62,737 nucleotides of DNA, taken from contig CAXHJY010001166.1 in assembly GCA_964016885.1 (NCBI GenBank), forward strand, positions 1 through 62,737, in the 5' to 3' direction. The translations under genes were made by a program, and so were the position numbers. Below are positions 13,501-27,303 of this stretch, in pieces; the stretch's first letter is position 1, and each line of letters opens with the position of its first letter. This stretch comes from Eledone cirrhosa (taxonomy: Eukaryota). Below the pieces are notes generated by a model that was not told where the DNA came from, did no database searches, and saw only the letters and a list, made by a program, of their open reading frames with translations.

Positions 13501-14304
13501 TGGCAGTACCAGTAGGGGGTCGGACGCCATGCTTTTCAGCATTGAGTTACGTCCCTTTATGTTCTGAGTTCAAATCCCGCCGAGGTTAACTTTGTCTTCC
13601 ATCCTCACGGGGTCGATAAAATAAAGTACCAGTAATGCACTGGGGTAATTGCTGGCCTTGTGCCAAAAGTAGAAACAATTATTATTATTATTAATGGTGG
13701 TAGATTGGCAGCATCGGTACAGCGTCCGACAACGTGCTTCGTGGCATAAAGTTACGACCCTTTACATTCTGAATTCAAATCTAGCCGAGGTTAGCTTTGC
13801 CTTTCATCCTTACGGGGTCGATAAAATAAAGTACCAGTCACGCACTGGGGTCGATTTAATCGACTTTCCTCTCCCTTAGAATTGCTGATCTTGTGACTAT
13901 AGTAGAAATAATTGTTTCTATTCTAAAATAGGCACAGCGCCAGCAATTACCCAGTACATTACTGGTACTTTATTTTATCGACCCCGTAAGGATGAAAGGC
14001 AAAGTTAACCTCGGCGGGATTTAAACTCAAATCATAAAGGGACGTAACGCTTCGAAGCATGGTGTCCGACTCTCTACCGATAGTGCCAATCAACCGCCCA
14101 TTATATTAGACTATAAAGGGCGGTGGATTGGCAGTATTGGTAGAGGGTCGGACGCCATATTTGACGTATAGAGTTACGACCCTTGCCATTCTGAGTTCAA
14201 ATTCCGCCGAGGTTAACTTTGCCTTTCATCCTTACGGGGTCGATAAAATAAAGTACCAGTAATGCACTGGGTAATTGCTGGCCTTGTGCCAAACGTAGAA
14301 ACAA
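13501..14304. mobile_element. Cluster of four Meta-like SINEs (+13501-13680, +13696-13910, -13911-14099, +14118-14304)
   Basis: Family matches; nested TSDs. Confidence 0.85.
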
Positions 14305-14610
14305 TTATATTAGACTATAGTAGAAATAATAATTATTATCGTCATCATCGCAGTTATCGTTGTTGATGTTGTTGTTATTGTTGTTGCATGATCCAAGGTA
14401 TTGAAATCTTGTTTAAACAATAACAATTCTCTGTGACGACAACAAAGTAAAAATCTAGCAACGAGCATTTACATAAAAACAAATGGAAATGTAAAATCAA
14501 ACTGATTCTCTCCAAATGAATATTGATTTTCCATACACACCTTTCTCTCTCTCTCTCCTTATATATATATATACACACATATATACATATACACATATAT
14601 ACATATACAC

Positions 14611-14641
<31 letters not shown>

Positions 14642-14937
14642 CATATATATACATATACACACATATATATATATATATACATATACACATATATATATAT
14701 ACATATACACATATATATATATACATATACACATGTATATATATATACATATACACATGTATATATATATACATATACACATGTATATATATATACATAT
14801 ACACATGTATATATATATACATATACACATGTATATATATATACATATACACATGTATATATATATATACATATACACATGTATATATATATACATATAC
14901 ACATGTATATATATATATATATATATACATATACACA

Positions 14938-15002
<65 letters not shown>

Positions 15003-15009
15003 TTCTAAC

Positions 15010-15063
<54 letters not shown>

Positions 15064-15744
15064 CCCGCGTGCGTGTGCATGTGTGTGCTTGTGGGTGTAA
15101 TAAACATTAAAATGTATATATAATGTGATGCCATGACGAATCTGCACGTACTAAACTCTGCCATATATGGAGTTACCAATTTATAATTACATGAGATGTG
15201 AACAAGTAAGTTAATGAAGTACACACCATATTAGTTTCTTTCTAGAAAATGTGTTATGCTCAAAGCGAACCTAAATGATTGCATACATTCTAATTACACA
15301 CACAGACAGTACACTCGAAAGTGTTAAGTTACTTGTATTTGAAGACAGTGAAATCCAGAGAGCATAAATAATTAATACAAATTTCACTTTTAGTGTCACA
15401 ATTGTTTCTATGGAGATAAATCCAGTGCCTGTGCGTAGAATAAATCAATTAATCTGCCAAACATTATTAATTAATAATTTAAATATCTATGAGACAAAAA
15501 ATCCGCATTTCATCAGGAAAAACAGAGAGATAAGTTGTGATACTTAACACACTCTGATCACTAAAAATAAAAATGTATAAAAGGGGAAAAGCAAGCTTTC
15601 GAAATGGGAAGACAATATGTAAATAATATTGAACATACACGCAGAGAATATATTATTAATATAAATATTAAAAGTGAAGTTCCGCGGTAGATAGGCATAT
15701 TACTATAAAAAGGAGTGCGCAGATTTGAAATAAATGGGGTAAGA

Positions 15745-16775
15745 AACTGTCACGAGAGCTGGACAACAGAAGATCTTCAGAGGAGAAACTATCAGGAGAG
15801 CTGGACAGTTGAGTCTTCAGAGGAGAAACTATCAGGAGAGCTGGACAGTAGAGTCTTCAGAAGAAACTATCAGGAGAGCTGGACAGTAGAGTCTTCAGAG
15901 AAGAAACTCTCAGGAGAGCTGGACAGTAGAGTCTTCAGAGAAGAAACTATCAGGAGAGCTGGGCAGTAGAGTCTTCAGAGAAGAAACTATCAGGAGAGCT
16001 GGACAGTAGAGTTTTCAGAGAAGAAACTATCAGGAGAGCTGGACAGTAGAGTTTTCAGAGAAGAAACTATCAGGAGAGCTGGACAGTAGAGTCTTCAGAA
16101 GAAACTATCAGGAGAGCTGGACAGTAGAGAGTCTTCAGAAGAAACTATCAGGAGAGCTGGACAGTAGAGTCTTCAGAGAAGAAACTCTCAGGAGAGCTGG
16201 ACAGTAGAGTCTTCAGAGAAGAAACTATCAGGAGAGCTGGGCAGTAGAGTCTTCAGAGAAGAAACTATCAGGAGAGCTGGACAGTAGAGTCTTCAGAGAA
16301 GAAACTATCAGGAGAGCTGGGCAGTAGAGTCTTCAGAGAAGAAACTATCAGGAGAGCTGGACAGTAGAGTTTTCAGAGAAGAAACTATCAGGAGAGCTGG
16401 ACAGTAGAGTTTTCAGAGAAGAAACTATCAGGAGAGCTGGACAGTAGAGAGTCTTCAGAAGAAACTATCAGGAGAGCTGGACAGTAGAGAGTCTTCAGAG
16501 TAGAAAATATCAGGAGAGCTGGACAGCAGAAGGTCTTCAGAGAAGAAACTCTGAGGAGAGCTGGACAGTAGAAGGTATTCAGAGAAGTAACTCTGAGGAG
16601 AGCTGGACAGCAGAAGGTATTCAGAGAAGTAACTCTGAGGAGAGCTGGACAGCAGAAGGTCTTCACAGGAGAAACTATCAGGAGAGTTGGACAGCAGAAG
16701 GTCTTCAGGGAAGAAACTAAGGAAAGCTGGACAGAAAAATCCTTCAAGAGACCTGGACAGTAGAAGGTCTTCAAC
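15745..16775. repeat. ~40-bp minisatellite (caggagagctggacagtagagtcttcagagaagaaactat), ~25 units
   Basis: Direct reading; homogeneous centre with diverged edges. Confidence 0.95.
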
Positions 16776-16873
16776 AGAGAAGATTATTGTTTAAATGGTT
16801 TGCTACTTCTTAAACTATCATTTCTATAAATATTCATATATTCTCTCTCTCTGAGAGAGAAAGAGAGAAAGAA

Positions 16874-16907
<34 letters not shown>

Positions 16908-17092
16908 GAGGAGGCTCCGAGAAGATAATAGAATATGCTAAAATAATTTTGTTGTACCCTGAACAGGCTATTAGTATTACAGTTTGATAACAAACTAATT
17001 AAATTTGTGTTTGTCTGTGCGGTCCGTTTTATATATGTTGTACACAGTGACCAGAAACATAATTATGTACCCCGGATACACACACACTATAT

Positions 17093-17159
<67 letters not shown>

Positions 17160-17169
17160 GTACCAATGT

Positions 17170-17340
17170 TGTCTTGGTTACCCTTGAAATATGTATAATA
17201 AAATACATATGGTTTTATAAATATAGTTTCCATTCATTTAATATCATTGAATATTTACTCCAGTAAACTGTTGAGTGCTCTAAATCAGTTATAAACATTT
17301 ATGTTTGTCGGACTTCCAACAAATTAAATACAACTTCTAC
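17170..17340 (+). mobile_element. 3' half of a hammerhead mini-element (B/C-related)
   Basis: GAAAtatgtaTAataaaata followed by a family-B-like tail, flanked by (TA)n. Confidence 0.55.
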
Positions 17341-17341
17341 T

Positions 17342-17375
<34 letters not shown>

Positions 17376-17521
17376 TATAATCATGTGTGTGTGGATATAT
17401 ATATATATATAAGTGCATATATTTAAGTACACATACACGTACGTATATATATATATATAATCATGTGTGTGTGGATATATATATATATATAAGTGCATAT
17501 ATTAAGTACACATACACGTAC

Positions 17522-17563
<42 letters not shown>

Positions 17564-17603
17564 GCATTAGTATATAAAGATGATTGTACACTCTACACTT
17601 TGC

Positions 17604-17667
<64 letters not shown>

Positions 17668-18357
17668 TTATGCTTTAATCTAATTTTAATAGCTCGTAAA
17701 AGAAAAGAAAAATGATTTTGTCATTTTTTGATCTGTTAGATTGTTGTCCGGCACATAATGAATATATAAAACACACACAAATAAAAACAATACATAATAC
17801 ACAGAGAAAAAAACACAAAAAAAAACAAGGATGGCTGTCTATGATATTGACCATTAAAAGGATTCTATAGACAGCTATAATTAAAATGAAAATGATAAAT
17901 ACTAAGATATATGTCAAATATTGTTGTCTATGCGCTAACATTTGATTTTTTCCTACCCATTGTTTGTTCAACATTAAAATCAATAATAATAAAGATAACA
18001 CCAAAAATCTAATATTTCTTTGCTGGGTATAGTCAGAAACAGAAGTCAAATTTCTTTAAAAAAAAAAAAAATTTAGCTGATTAATTGAATTATAAAGAAT
18101 TATTATTAGGAGTGAAGGTAAAATATTTTGAGAAATTTATTTATTGATATATAAATATATCTAGTTAAGGAAGTTCGTTTATGATATAAAGTTTGAATGT
18201 GTAGGAGAGGAAATATAAGGAATGTCTTTAGATGTATTGAATGGAAAATCAACATGGTTTATGTAATGAAAATATAATGAAATTGCATGAAGTTAAAAAA
18301 TAATAATAAAGAAATTCAAGTTTAAACACTTTTCCTAACACTGCTGATATATAATGA

Positions 18358-18406
<49 letters not shown>

Positions 18407-18432
18407 TACATATTTATGTGTATGTATCTATA

Positions 18433-18842
18433 TGATGGCTGCAAACTCTGCTAAAAGTATTGAAATCTCTTGTCAGATTATAGAGTTTGGTGCACTTTTA
18501 GGCTACGGCCAGTCACACGAACCTGTAACATATCCTGGACAAGCAATGCCTGTGATTTGAAGGTTTTTTAAGTGGGGAAAGGCCTTGCACTCGACCAATC
18601 CCACTCTCTGAGCATCGAAAACACTACGCAAAAAGGAGAACTCGTCAACATCATCGGATACTTCCGAAGCCACAGATTTATTTTCAGTTTCCCTCTCCTA
18701 GAAAGGTGTTGACAACTGGGGCCTTCACAAAAAAAAAAAGTAGTATTTCGATGACCCTTGAATCTGCTGATATCCTCCACCCTTTGACGAGTCTTTTATT
18801 TCATCCAGCAGGGTGTCCAAATATCACCCTCCTCACCAAACT
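18433..18842 (-). mobile_element. Diverged relative of the bipartite RTE-like family
   Basis: Shares aagcaatgcctgtg, cccactctc, gtcaacatcatcggata and caccctcctcaccaa. Confidence 0.6.
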
Positions 18843-19243
18843 AGGGGTAGAGATTAAACCAGATATATAGAGAGAGAGGGGTAGAGATTAAACCAGATAT
18901 ATAGAGAGAGGGGTAGAGATTAAACCAGATATATAGAGAGAGGGGTAGAAAGGAAACCAGATATATAGAGAGAGGGGTAGAAAGGAAACCAGATATATAG
19001 AGAGAGGGGTAGAAAGGAAACCAGATATATAGAGAGAGAGGGGTAGAAAGGAAACCAGATATATAGAGAGAGGGGTAGAGATTAAACCAGATATATAGAG
19101 AGAGGGGTAGAAAGGAAACCAGATATATAGAGAGAGGGGTAGAAAGGAAACCAGATATATATAGAGAGGGGTAGAAAGGAAACCAGATATATATAGAGAG
19201 GGATAGAGAGTGAACTAAATATAGTGAGAGAGAGAGGTAGAGA

Positions 19244-19301
<58 letters not shown>

Positions 19302-19897
19302 GGCGTAGAGAGTTAACTATATATAGTGAAAGAGGGGTAGAGAGTTAACTAGATATATATAGAGAGGGGTAGAGATTAAACTAGATATATAGAGAGATGG
19401 GGGTAGAGATTAAACTAGATATATAGAGAGATGGGTATGGAGTTAAGTAGATATAGTGAGAGAGGGGGGTAGATATATATATAGAGAGGTAGAGAGAAAA
19501 TCAGATATAGTTAGAGAGGGTAGAGAGTTAACTAGATATATAGAGAGATGGGTATAGAGTTAAGTAGATATAGTGAGAGAGGGGTAGATATATATATATA
19601 GAGAGAGGTAGAGAGAAAATCAGATATAGTTAGAGAGGGTAGAGAGTTAACTAGATATAGTGACAGATAGGTAGAGAGTTAACTAGATATATATAGAGAG
19701 ATGGGTAGAAATCAAACCAGATATAGTGGGAGAGGGGTAGAGAGAAAACTAGATATATAAAGAGAGGAGTAGAGAATAAATCACATATAATTAGAGAGGG
19801 GTAGAGAGTAAACCAGATATAGCTAGAGAGGGATAGAGTAAACCACATATAGAGAGAAGGGTAGAGAGTTAAGTAGGTATAGTTAGAGAGAGGGGTA
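18843..19897. repeat. ~30-32-bp purine-rich minisatellite (gagaggggtagaaaggaaaccagatatata)
   Basis: Direct reading. Confidence 0.9.
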
Positions 19898-20371
19898 CAT
19901 AATCTCAAAGAAGTAATATATTATGCTTCACTCGAAGCTCTTAAACTGCCAAAACAAAATTATCAATTGCTTCAAGGGAAATTATACAGAAATGCAGTCC
20001 ATAATTACAAATATATTGCACTCGTCTCATAGGATAGGAATTGGTAACAAACATCCTTCAGGAAACACGAAATACATCGACTGTAAAACGAACTATATAA
20101 TGGACCTTGACGAAAAGGAAAGACAAGTGGTAGTCAACAAAAGCTGTCAAGCTTTAAACTGTTGCGGATGGAAAATATTTAAAAGCCTTCTATGAAGGCT
20201 TAAAATAGCTCTATGGCCTTCAGCAATGCGAGTCCTCAATAGTGGTATAAGAATAAAGTAGATCCACTTGGTTAACAGATAAAAGTGGTATTCTCAACTA
20301 CCGGAAAGAGCTCATTGAAACGGGTTTAAATCCTCCATCTATTGTGGATGATGATATCATTGACGCAATTA

Positions 20372-20462
20372 CTTTGTCTTTCATCCTTACGGGGTCGATA
20401 AAATAAAGTACCAGTAAGGCACTGGGGTAATTGCTGGCCTTGTGCCAAAAGTAGAAACAATT
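20372..20462 (+). mobile_element. Meta-like SINE, 5'-truncated
   Basis: Family match to the 3' half only. Confidence 0.75.
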
Positions 20463-20573
20463 GATATGTATATATATATATATATATATTTATGTGGAGA
20501 GATGGTGTGCTGAATAGGACCCGTCCAACCTTTGCAAGCAGGGAAAAGCGGACGTAAAATGATGATATATATA

Positions 20574-20656
20574 TATTGGGTGTCTCCAAAAATGTATAAA
20601 GATATTTATTACACTGCTCACTGCTGTTGAAATCTGTATACATTTTTGGGAACACC

Positions 20657-20661
<5 letters not shown>
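20574..20661. mobile_element. Tc1/mariner-type MITE relic
   Basis: Imperfect TIRs tattgggtgtctccaaaaatgtata / tatacatttttgggaacaccctgta, flanked by TA. Confidence 0.55.
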
Positions 20662-20707
<46 letters not shown>

Positions 20708-20710
<3 letters not shown>

Positions 20711-20951
20711 CGGAGGAAATGTGGTAAGGAACCAGATGGACCATAACGCACCAGTAGAGTCCAGAAATAGCCGTCGAAACAGCTTGAGCTCTGCCGTCGG
20801 TGTCATACTTTTTCCTATCTATATATATATATATATATATATATATAACGGAGGAAATGTGGTAAGGAACCAGATGGACCATAACGCACCAGTAGAGTCC
20901 AGAAATAGCCGTCGAAACAGCTTGAGCTCTGCCGTCGGTGTCATACTTTTT

Positions 20952-20956
<5 letters not shown>
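20708..20956. mobile_element. Two tandem internally deleted family-X elements
   Basis: Identical ~110-bp units separated by (TA)n. Confidence 0.75.
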
Positions 20957-20990
<34 letters not shown>

Positions 20991-21399
20991 AGTAAGACAG
21001 AGAGAGAGAGAGAATAAGAGAGATAGAGAGAGAGGGGGGGAGAGAGATAGAGAGAGAGAGAGGGGGGGAGAGAGATAGAGAGAGAGGGGGAGAGAGATAG
21101 AGAGAGAAAGGGGGAGGGCAGTCTTATTGTAATCTGACATGATACTTTTTGAGTTATAGCCGTCTCATAAGTTATTTCATATTTTCTTTCAATAACTGTG
21201 GACAATCTTCTATCATACAATTTCGATATTAATGTAGATATGTGGATATGAAGGTCACCTTGTCAGGGAGATATTATAAACAAGCTATTTTTGTTATTCT
21301 TTCTTCAGCATATCATCGCCCGGTAAAATGTCAATTTATATATATCAAAATAAACCAAAGTTTCGTTTCGTTTTGTTTCGACATAGTGGTGATTATACG

Positions 21400-21605
21400 T
21401 GTGTGTATACATATCATATATATAATCCATATGTATATAATCTATATATATATATATATGTATGATATGTATGTCTATATACATACATACAAACGCATAT
21501 ATATCTGTACACTTATATATACATATAATATATATATACATACCTATTTATATATATCATAGATATATATATGCATAGATATATATATGTATACACTTAT
21601 CTATA

Positions 21606-21640
<35 letters not shown>

Positions 21641-21835
21641 ACATCTATCTATATATATACCATATATATATGTATGCACCTATCAATATATATATATATA
21701 TATATATGATATATATATATACATCTATCTATATATATACCATATATATATGTATGCACCTATCAATATATATATATATATATATATGATATATATATAT
21801 ATACCATATATATGTGTATGCACCTATCAATATAT

Positions 21836-21880
<45 letters not shown>

Positions 21881-21944
21881 TATATATATGTATACACCTA
21901 TCTATATATATATCATATATATATATATACACCTATCAATATAT

Positions 21945-21980
<36 letters not shown>

Positions 21981-22320
21981 ATTTCTATATCCATTTATGC
22001 ATATTATATATATATATGTATACACCTATCAATATATATCATATATATATATATATATATATATAAATATATACAAATTATATATGCATATTATATACAC
22101 ATATATATACATATTATATACACATATATATACATATTATATACACATATATATACATATTATATATACATATATATACATATTATATATACATATTATA
22201 TATACATATATATACATATTATATATACATATATATACATATTATATATACATATTATATATACATATATATACATATTATACAAACATATTATATTATA
22301 TATATCCATACAATCACGAA
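21400..22320. repeat. (TA)-rich compound microsatellite
   Basis: Direct reading. Confidence 0.9.
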
Positions 22321-22637
22321 TGCATACATATACACAAATGGATATATATTTATCTTGTTCAGTAAGTATTGAATGATCTCAGACATTATAAACCTGATAA
22401 ATGTGATTTATTGTCTGCGAAACCTAAAGAATATTCTAGATAATAAGACAAGCAGCAGTAAGTGACGTGATGTGTGAAATGAAGTCGGGCCAGGGAACTC
22501 CATTGAGGACAAAAAACTTTACAATGGATTTAAATGAATAATTGCAGCAAAGAGATTTCGATGTTTCGTATCACCGTTTTTCATGATAACCTTTCACCTG
22601 AATGGATTTTGTTAATTGTATTTTTATGCATGCATGC

Positions 22638-22679
<42 letters not shown>

Positions 22680-22813
22680 GCTTATGTATATGTATATATA
22701 CACGCGCACGCACATATTTATATATATATATATATATAGATAGATATATATATATATATATGTGTGTGTGTTTGTGTATGTATGTAAGTATGTATATATA
22801 TATATATACATTA

Positions 22814-23423
22814 TGTCAGGTCACCAGTTGGTGCTACTGGTAACATGTATCCTAGTACAACCTGTCTCATGGTCGGGTCGTTGGCGACTAAACTGGCAAC
22901 CCCACCAAGGTTTCTTGGTGAGGAGGGTGACTTTGGACATCCTGCAGGACTAAAAACAAAACCTGCCAAAGGGCAAAGGAGCTCTTAAGAGTCAATGGCC
23001 ATCCAAAATCACCGGGAGAGAAGACCCCTTAGCCTTTGTCAAGGCTTAATTCTAGGAGAAGAAAAACTCAGATATAACACCTGCAACTCTGATGGTATCC
23101 AATGATGTTGACTTGTTCTTCTTTTTGGTACATATCATCTTGGTTAAGAGAGTGGGACTGGCTTTGTGCAGTGCCTTTGCTCATTATAAAAGCTTCACGG
23201 CACAGGCATTGCTTTATATCTGGAGATCTCTCTGCACTTGTCGTCACATGGTACCATGGGCCCACCACTATGTGTCAATAACTGTCACAGGTGTAGTGTT
23301 TGTACCAGAGTTTTCAAGTCGCTGGCTGGACTAAAAAGTCACACTCGTTCAGCGCATCGATAGGGGTTCTCCTACATGGATATAAAGTAGTGGCCATACT
23401 CGAAAACGAGTTGGCAGCCACCA
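22814..23423 (+). mobile_element. Bipartite non-autonomous RTE-like retroelement
   Basis: 3' part translates [25 protein letters not shown]; tail gccatactcgaaaacgagttggc. Confidence 0.7.
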
Positions 23424-23698
23424 TATATATACACACATACGCATGAACATATATGTGCCTATACATATATATATATTTGTGTGTGTGTTTGTGTGTGTAT
23501 ATATATATATATATACACACACACACATACATGTATATATGTGTGTGTATTTGTCTATATATATATATGTGTGTATATATATGTGTGTATATATATATGT
23601 GTGTGTATATATATGTGTGTGTATATATATGTGTGTGTGTATATATATATATATATGCATATATATATATATATATATGCATATATATATATATATAT

Positions 23699-23778
<80 letters not shown>

Positions 23779-23939
23779 TATTGTATTGGTAGGTACCATA
23801 TAAAGTAATGTATCATAAGAGATTAAAATAAGAAATTGTTTTGTGCGGCCATTGTTCTGGTAAGTCGTGTGTGATATGGAGACAGCAATTATGTGTTGAA
23901 AGAGAGATATATATTGGCTGATATGTAACGCTTTGGTAC

Positions 23940-24037
23940 TGTAGTAGTAGTGGTAGTAGTAGTAGTAGTAGTAGTAGTAGTATTGGTAGTAGTAGTAGTA
24001 GTGGTAGTAGTAGTAGTAGTAGTGGTAGTAGTAGTAT

Positions 24038-24068
<31 letters not shown>

Positions 24069-24197
24069 GGTAGTAGTAGTAGTAGTAGTAGTGGTAGTAG
24101 TAGTAGTAGTAGTAGTAGTAGTATTGGTAGTAGTAGTAGTAGTGGTAGTAGTAGTAGTAGTAGTAGTAGTAGTGATGGTAGTTGTGGTAGAGTAGTA

Positions 24198-24267
<70 letters not shown>

Positions 24268-24459
24268 GTGGTGGTGGTAGTAGTATTGGTGGTGGTAGAG
24301 ATAGTGGTGATAGTAGTGATGGTAGTGGTAGTAGTAGTAGTGGTGGTGGTAGTAGAGGTGGTGGTGATAGTAGTATTGGTGGTGGTAGAGGTAGTGGTGA
24401 TAGTGATGGTAGTAGTAGTAGTAGTAGTGGCGATAGTAGTAGTGGTAGTAGTAGTAGTG

Positions 24460-24508
<49 letters not shown>

Positions 24509-24740
24509 AGGTGGTGGTGATAGTAGTATTGGTGGTGGTGGAGGTGATGGTTGTGGTGGTAGTAGTAGAAGTGGTGATAGTAGTAGTATTTGTGATGATA
24601 GTGGTAGTAGTTGTATTGGTAGTAGTAGTAGCAGCAGCAGCAACACCAGCAGCAGCAGCAACAGTAGTAGTAGCCGCAACAGTAGTAGTAGCCGCAACAG
24701 TAGTAGTAGCCGCAACAATAGTAGCAGTAATAATAGTAGT
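23940..24740. repeat. (TAG)n/(TGG)n trinucleotide-derived repeat
   Basis: Direct reading. Confidence 0.95.
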
Positions 24741-25123
24741 CATCATCATCATCATACGTCGACTACTGTCGAGATGATGGATCTCACTCTCATGCCCCAG
24801 AATCCCCTGTCCCCCATCGCCGCCCCCAGGTCCCGTCTGCTGAATCCCGTATCCCTAGAGATAACGTCAGGGAATGACAGCTTCTTCTCCTAGTCAGGCT
24901 GGAGTCAGGGTTCCAGAGCAAGAGAGCGGATATGATTTCATTGCTGGCACGGTGACAGTGGCCAGCAAATTGAGCTCTCCGGGATTTTAGAAGGGCAGAG
25001 GCTCGAGGGAGTTTGCCATAGATTTTAGACAAGGTGGGATGTCGTTTCCAGGATAGGTTATGCACTCTCATTAAGAGGCGGGTATATGTGCCATCCAATC
25101 TCCTCTCAAGTTGTGATGTTAGT
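24741..25123 (-). mobile_element. RTE-group LINE 3' fragment (frameshifted) with (TGA)n tail
   Basis: Translates LDGTYTRLLMRVHNLSWKRHPT..RRAQFAGHCHRA..LLLW, then MGDRGFW after a frameshift; ends in tgatgatga. Confidence 0.75.
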
Positions 25124-25498
25124 GATAATAGTAGTAGTAGCAACAACAGTAGTAGCAGTAATAATAGTAATAGCAACAGCAGTATACTAGTACTGGTGAT
25201 GTGATTTATATAAATACAATTGATTATTTCTGTAATAACCCGAAGTAGACAGACGTGTTTATCTTGGCCATCTAGAAATTATCTCATGTAGACACAAAAT
25301 CATATAATTCTACAGAATCGAGAGATATGTTAAAACTTTGGATTAAATACCTTGCGGTACTTGTTCAGGTTCTCTGAGTTCAAATCCTTCGTTGCTTTAT
25401 TGCCTTCCGGTTCGATAAATAAAGTATCAGTCGAAATAGAACGGACGGTGTGTAGAATTGTTGAAAATGTCGAATATATTGCTGTATATATTCTGACT

Positions 25499-25876
25499 AT
25501 GTATGTATGTATGTATGTATGTATGTATGTATGTATGTATGTATGTATGTATGTATGTATGTATGTATGTATGTATGTATGTATGTATGTATGTATGTAT
25601 GTATGTATGTATGTATGTATGTATGTATGTATGTATGTATGTATGTATGTATGTATGTATGTATGTATGTATGTATGTATGTATGTATGTATGTATGTAT
25701 GTATGTATGTATGTATGTATGTATGTATGTATGTATGTATGTATGTATGTATGTATGTATGTATGTATGTATGTATGTATGTATGTATGTATGTATGTAT
25801 GTATGTATGTATGTATGTATGTATGTATGTATGTATGTATGTATGTATGTATGTATGTATGTATGTATGTATGTAT
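25499..25876. repeat. Perfect (TATG)n, ~94 units
   Basis: Direct reading. Confidence 0.98.
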
Positions 25877-25877
25877 G

Positions 25878-26042
25878 GTGGAGGCGCGTGGCTAAGTGGT
25901 AGGTGAATTGGATTCGCAATCGTGAGGTTGTAAGTTCGGTTCCCAGACCGGGCGATGCGTTATGTCCTTGAGCAAGACACTTTATTTCACGTTGCTCCTT
26001 CTACCTGGAGTTGCGACAGATAGATAGTATTAGCAATTGGAA
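25878..26042 (+). mobile_element. CORE-like SINE with composite tail
   Basis: Family match to 3283-3490. Confidence 0.8.
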
Positions 26043-26642
26043 ATTTTATGACATTATGTGCATGATGTATTCTGTCTTTTTCCATATAGCGCTGGCCTCG
26101 GAACCCCTTGCTGGTCCTTTAACCTTATTCTGGTGACGCAGTTCGATGGAGCATGCAGCTATTGATATACTCTGATGATTCCTGCCATGGGGTATGGATG
26201 AAACACTGCTAGCTAATAAAACAATGTATTTCTAAGCACTCTTTGGTTATTCCTATAACTATAACTATAACGGCTCTGTTGTATACCAGTTATCCTACTT
26301 GAGCTAAAACCACACTGTCATACCAAGGGCAATATATCTGCGTGTCTGGGCATATTGATATATTTGTCAACGAAACTATATATAAATAAAGATTCAGCGA
26401 GAATCGCATTTTCGGCGGGCTGGAAAAGCGAAGCGAAACGCAAAAATCAGAAATGATACTAGCAAAGTGCTAAATAGTTAAAAACCAGAGCTAAACATAT
26501 TTATATAAATTTATAAAAGTTACTTTTGTGATCCGTCATATTAATTTTAGGTTTCCTTGGCATGAAGGGTTGTCTTATTTTCAAAGCCTAGTTCATGCAT
26601 TATGTAAGAGGCATCATTATATGGATGCCTCTTCTATAAATT

Positions 26643-26711
<69 letters not shown>

Positions 26712-26969
26712 AGAGAAAGAGAAAGAGAGAGAGAGAGAGAGAGAGAATTTAGTATATCTACTAACATATGCGTACAGATGTACGCTAATGTCAGCAAATA
26801 CACAGGTTATGTCATAGTACCTAGGTGGTTCAATGCAGGAGGATGCAGAACAATAATATAAAAGACGTAACTGTCTTTATCCCATTGCAGAAACTAATTA
26901 GTTGGAGTGAAAATTTTAGTAAGTAAGTTAATTTTAAAAAAATTTTTTTTTTAATTTTCTTATTTTACG

Positions 26970-27010
<41 letters not shown>

Positions 27011-27090
27011 GATAAGCAGAACAAGTAAAATTCAATCAATTTTTCAAAATACATTAAAAAATATAATATAAATATTTACCTCTTCTAGCG

Positions 27091-27172
27091 GCCCTTACTG
27101 ATCAGTTTCGCTTTGTAAAACCTCATAAATCCGATGGATTTATGATGGAAAACCAAAGCTCATCAGAGAAGC
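27091..27172 (-). ncRNA. Type I hammerhead motif with extended stem II (family D)
   Basis: Minus strand: ttct-CTGATGA-gctttg..tcataaatcc/ggatttatga..caaagc-GAAA-CTGATCAG-TA-aggg. Confidence 0.7.
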
Positions 27173-27263
27173 ATTTTCCCTTCCTAGGGCTAAACGTCCC
27201 AGGAACGACAAAATATACAACCTCCTGCCAGCTAATAAAGGTCTGAAAGGTCGTAAAAGTGAC

Positions 27264-27303
<40 letters not shown>

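Noticed and set aside
15745-16775. CRISPR-like regular array
   Set aside because: Units are contiguous with no unique spacers, and the context is eukaryotic with no cas genes.
19923-20195. 90-aa non-repetitive ORF
   Set aside because: No recognisable domain; it may be an ancient TE relic but I cannot support that.
23813-24893. Poly-L, poly-T, poly-V and Gly/Ser-rich ORFs
   Set aside because: All are frames of a (TAG)n/(TGG)n repeat with no complex coding sequence.
26172-26220. CTGATGA..GAAAC..aataaa possible hammerhead
   Set aside because: Stem II is plausible, but there is no convincing stem III/UH or stem I pairing; at best a decayed relic.
26259-26275. taactataacgg resembling the LSU rRNA/I-CeuI site
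   Set aside because: Only about 12 nt, inside a short (ctataa)n run, with no flanking rRNA similarity.
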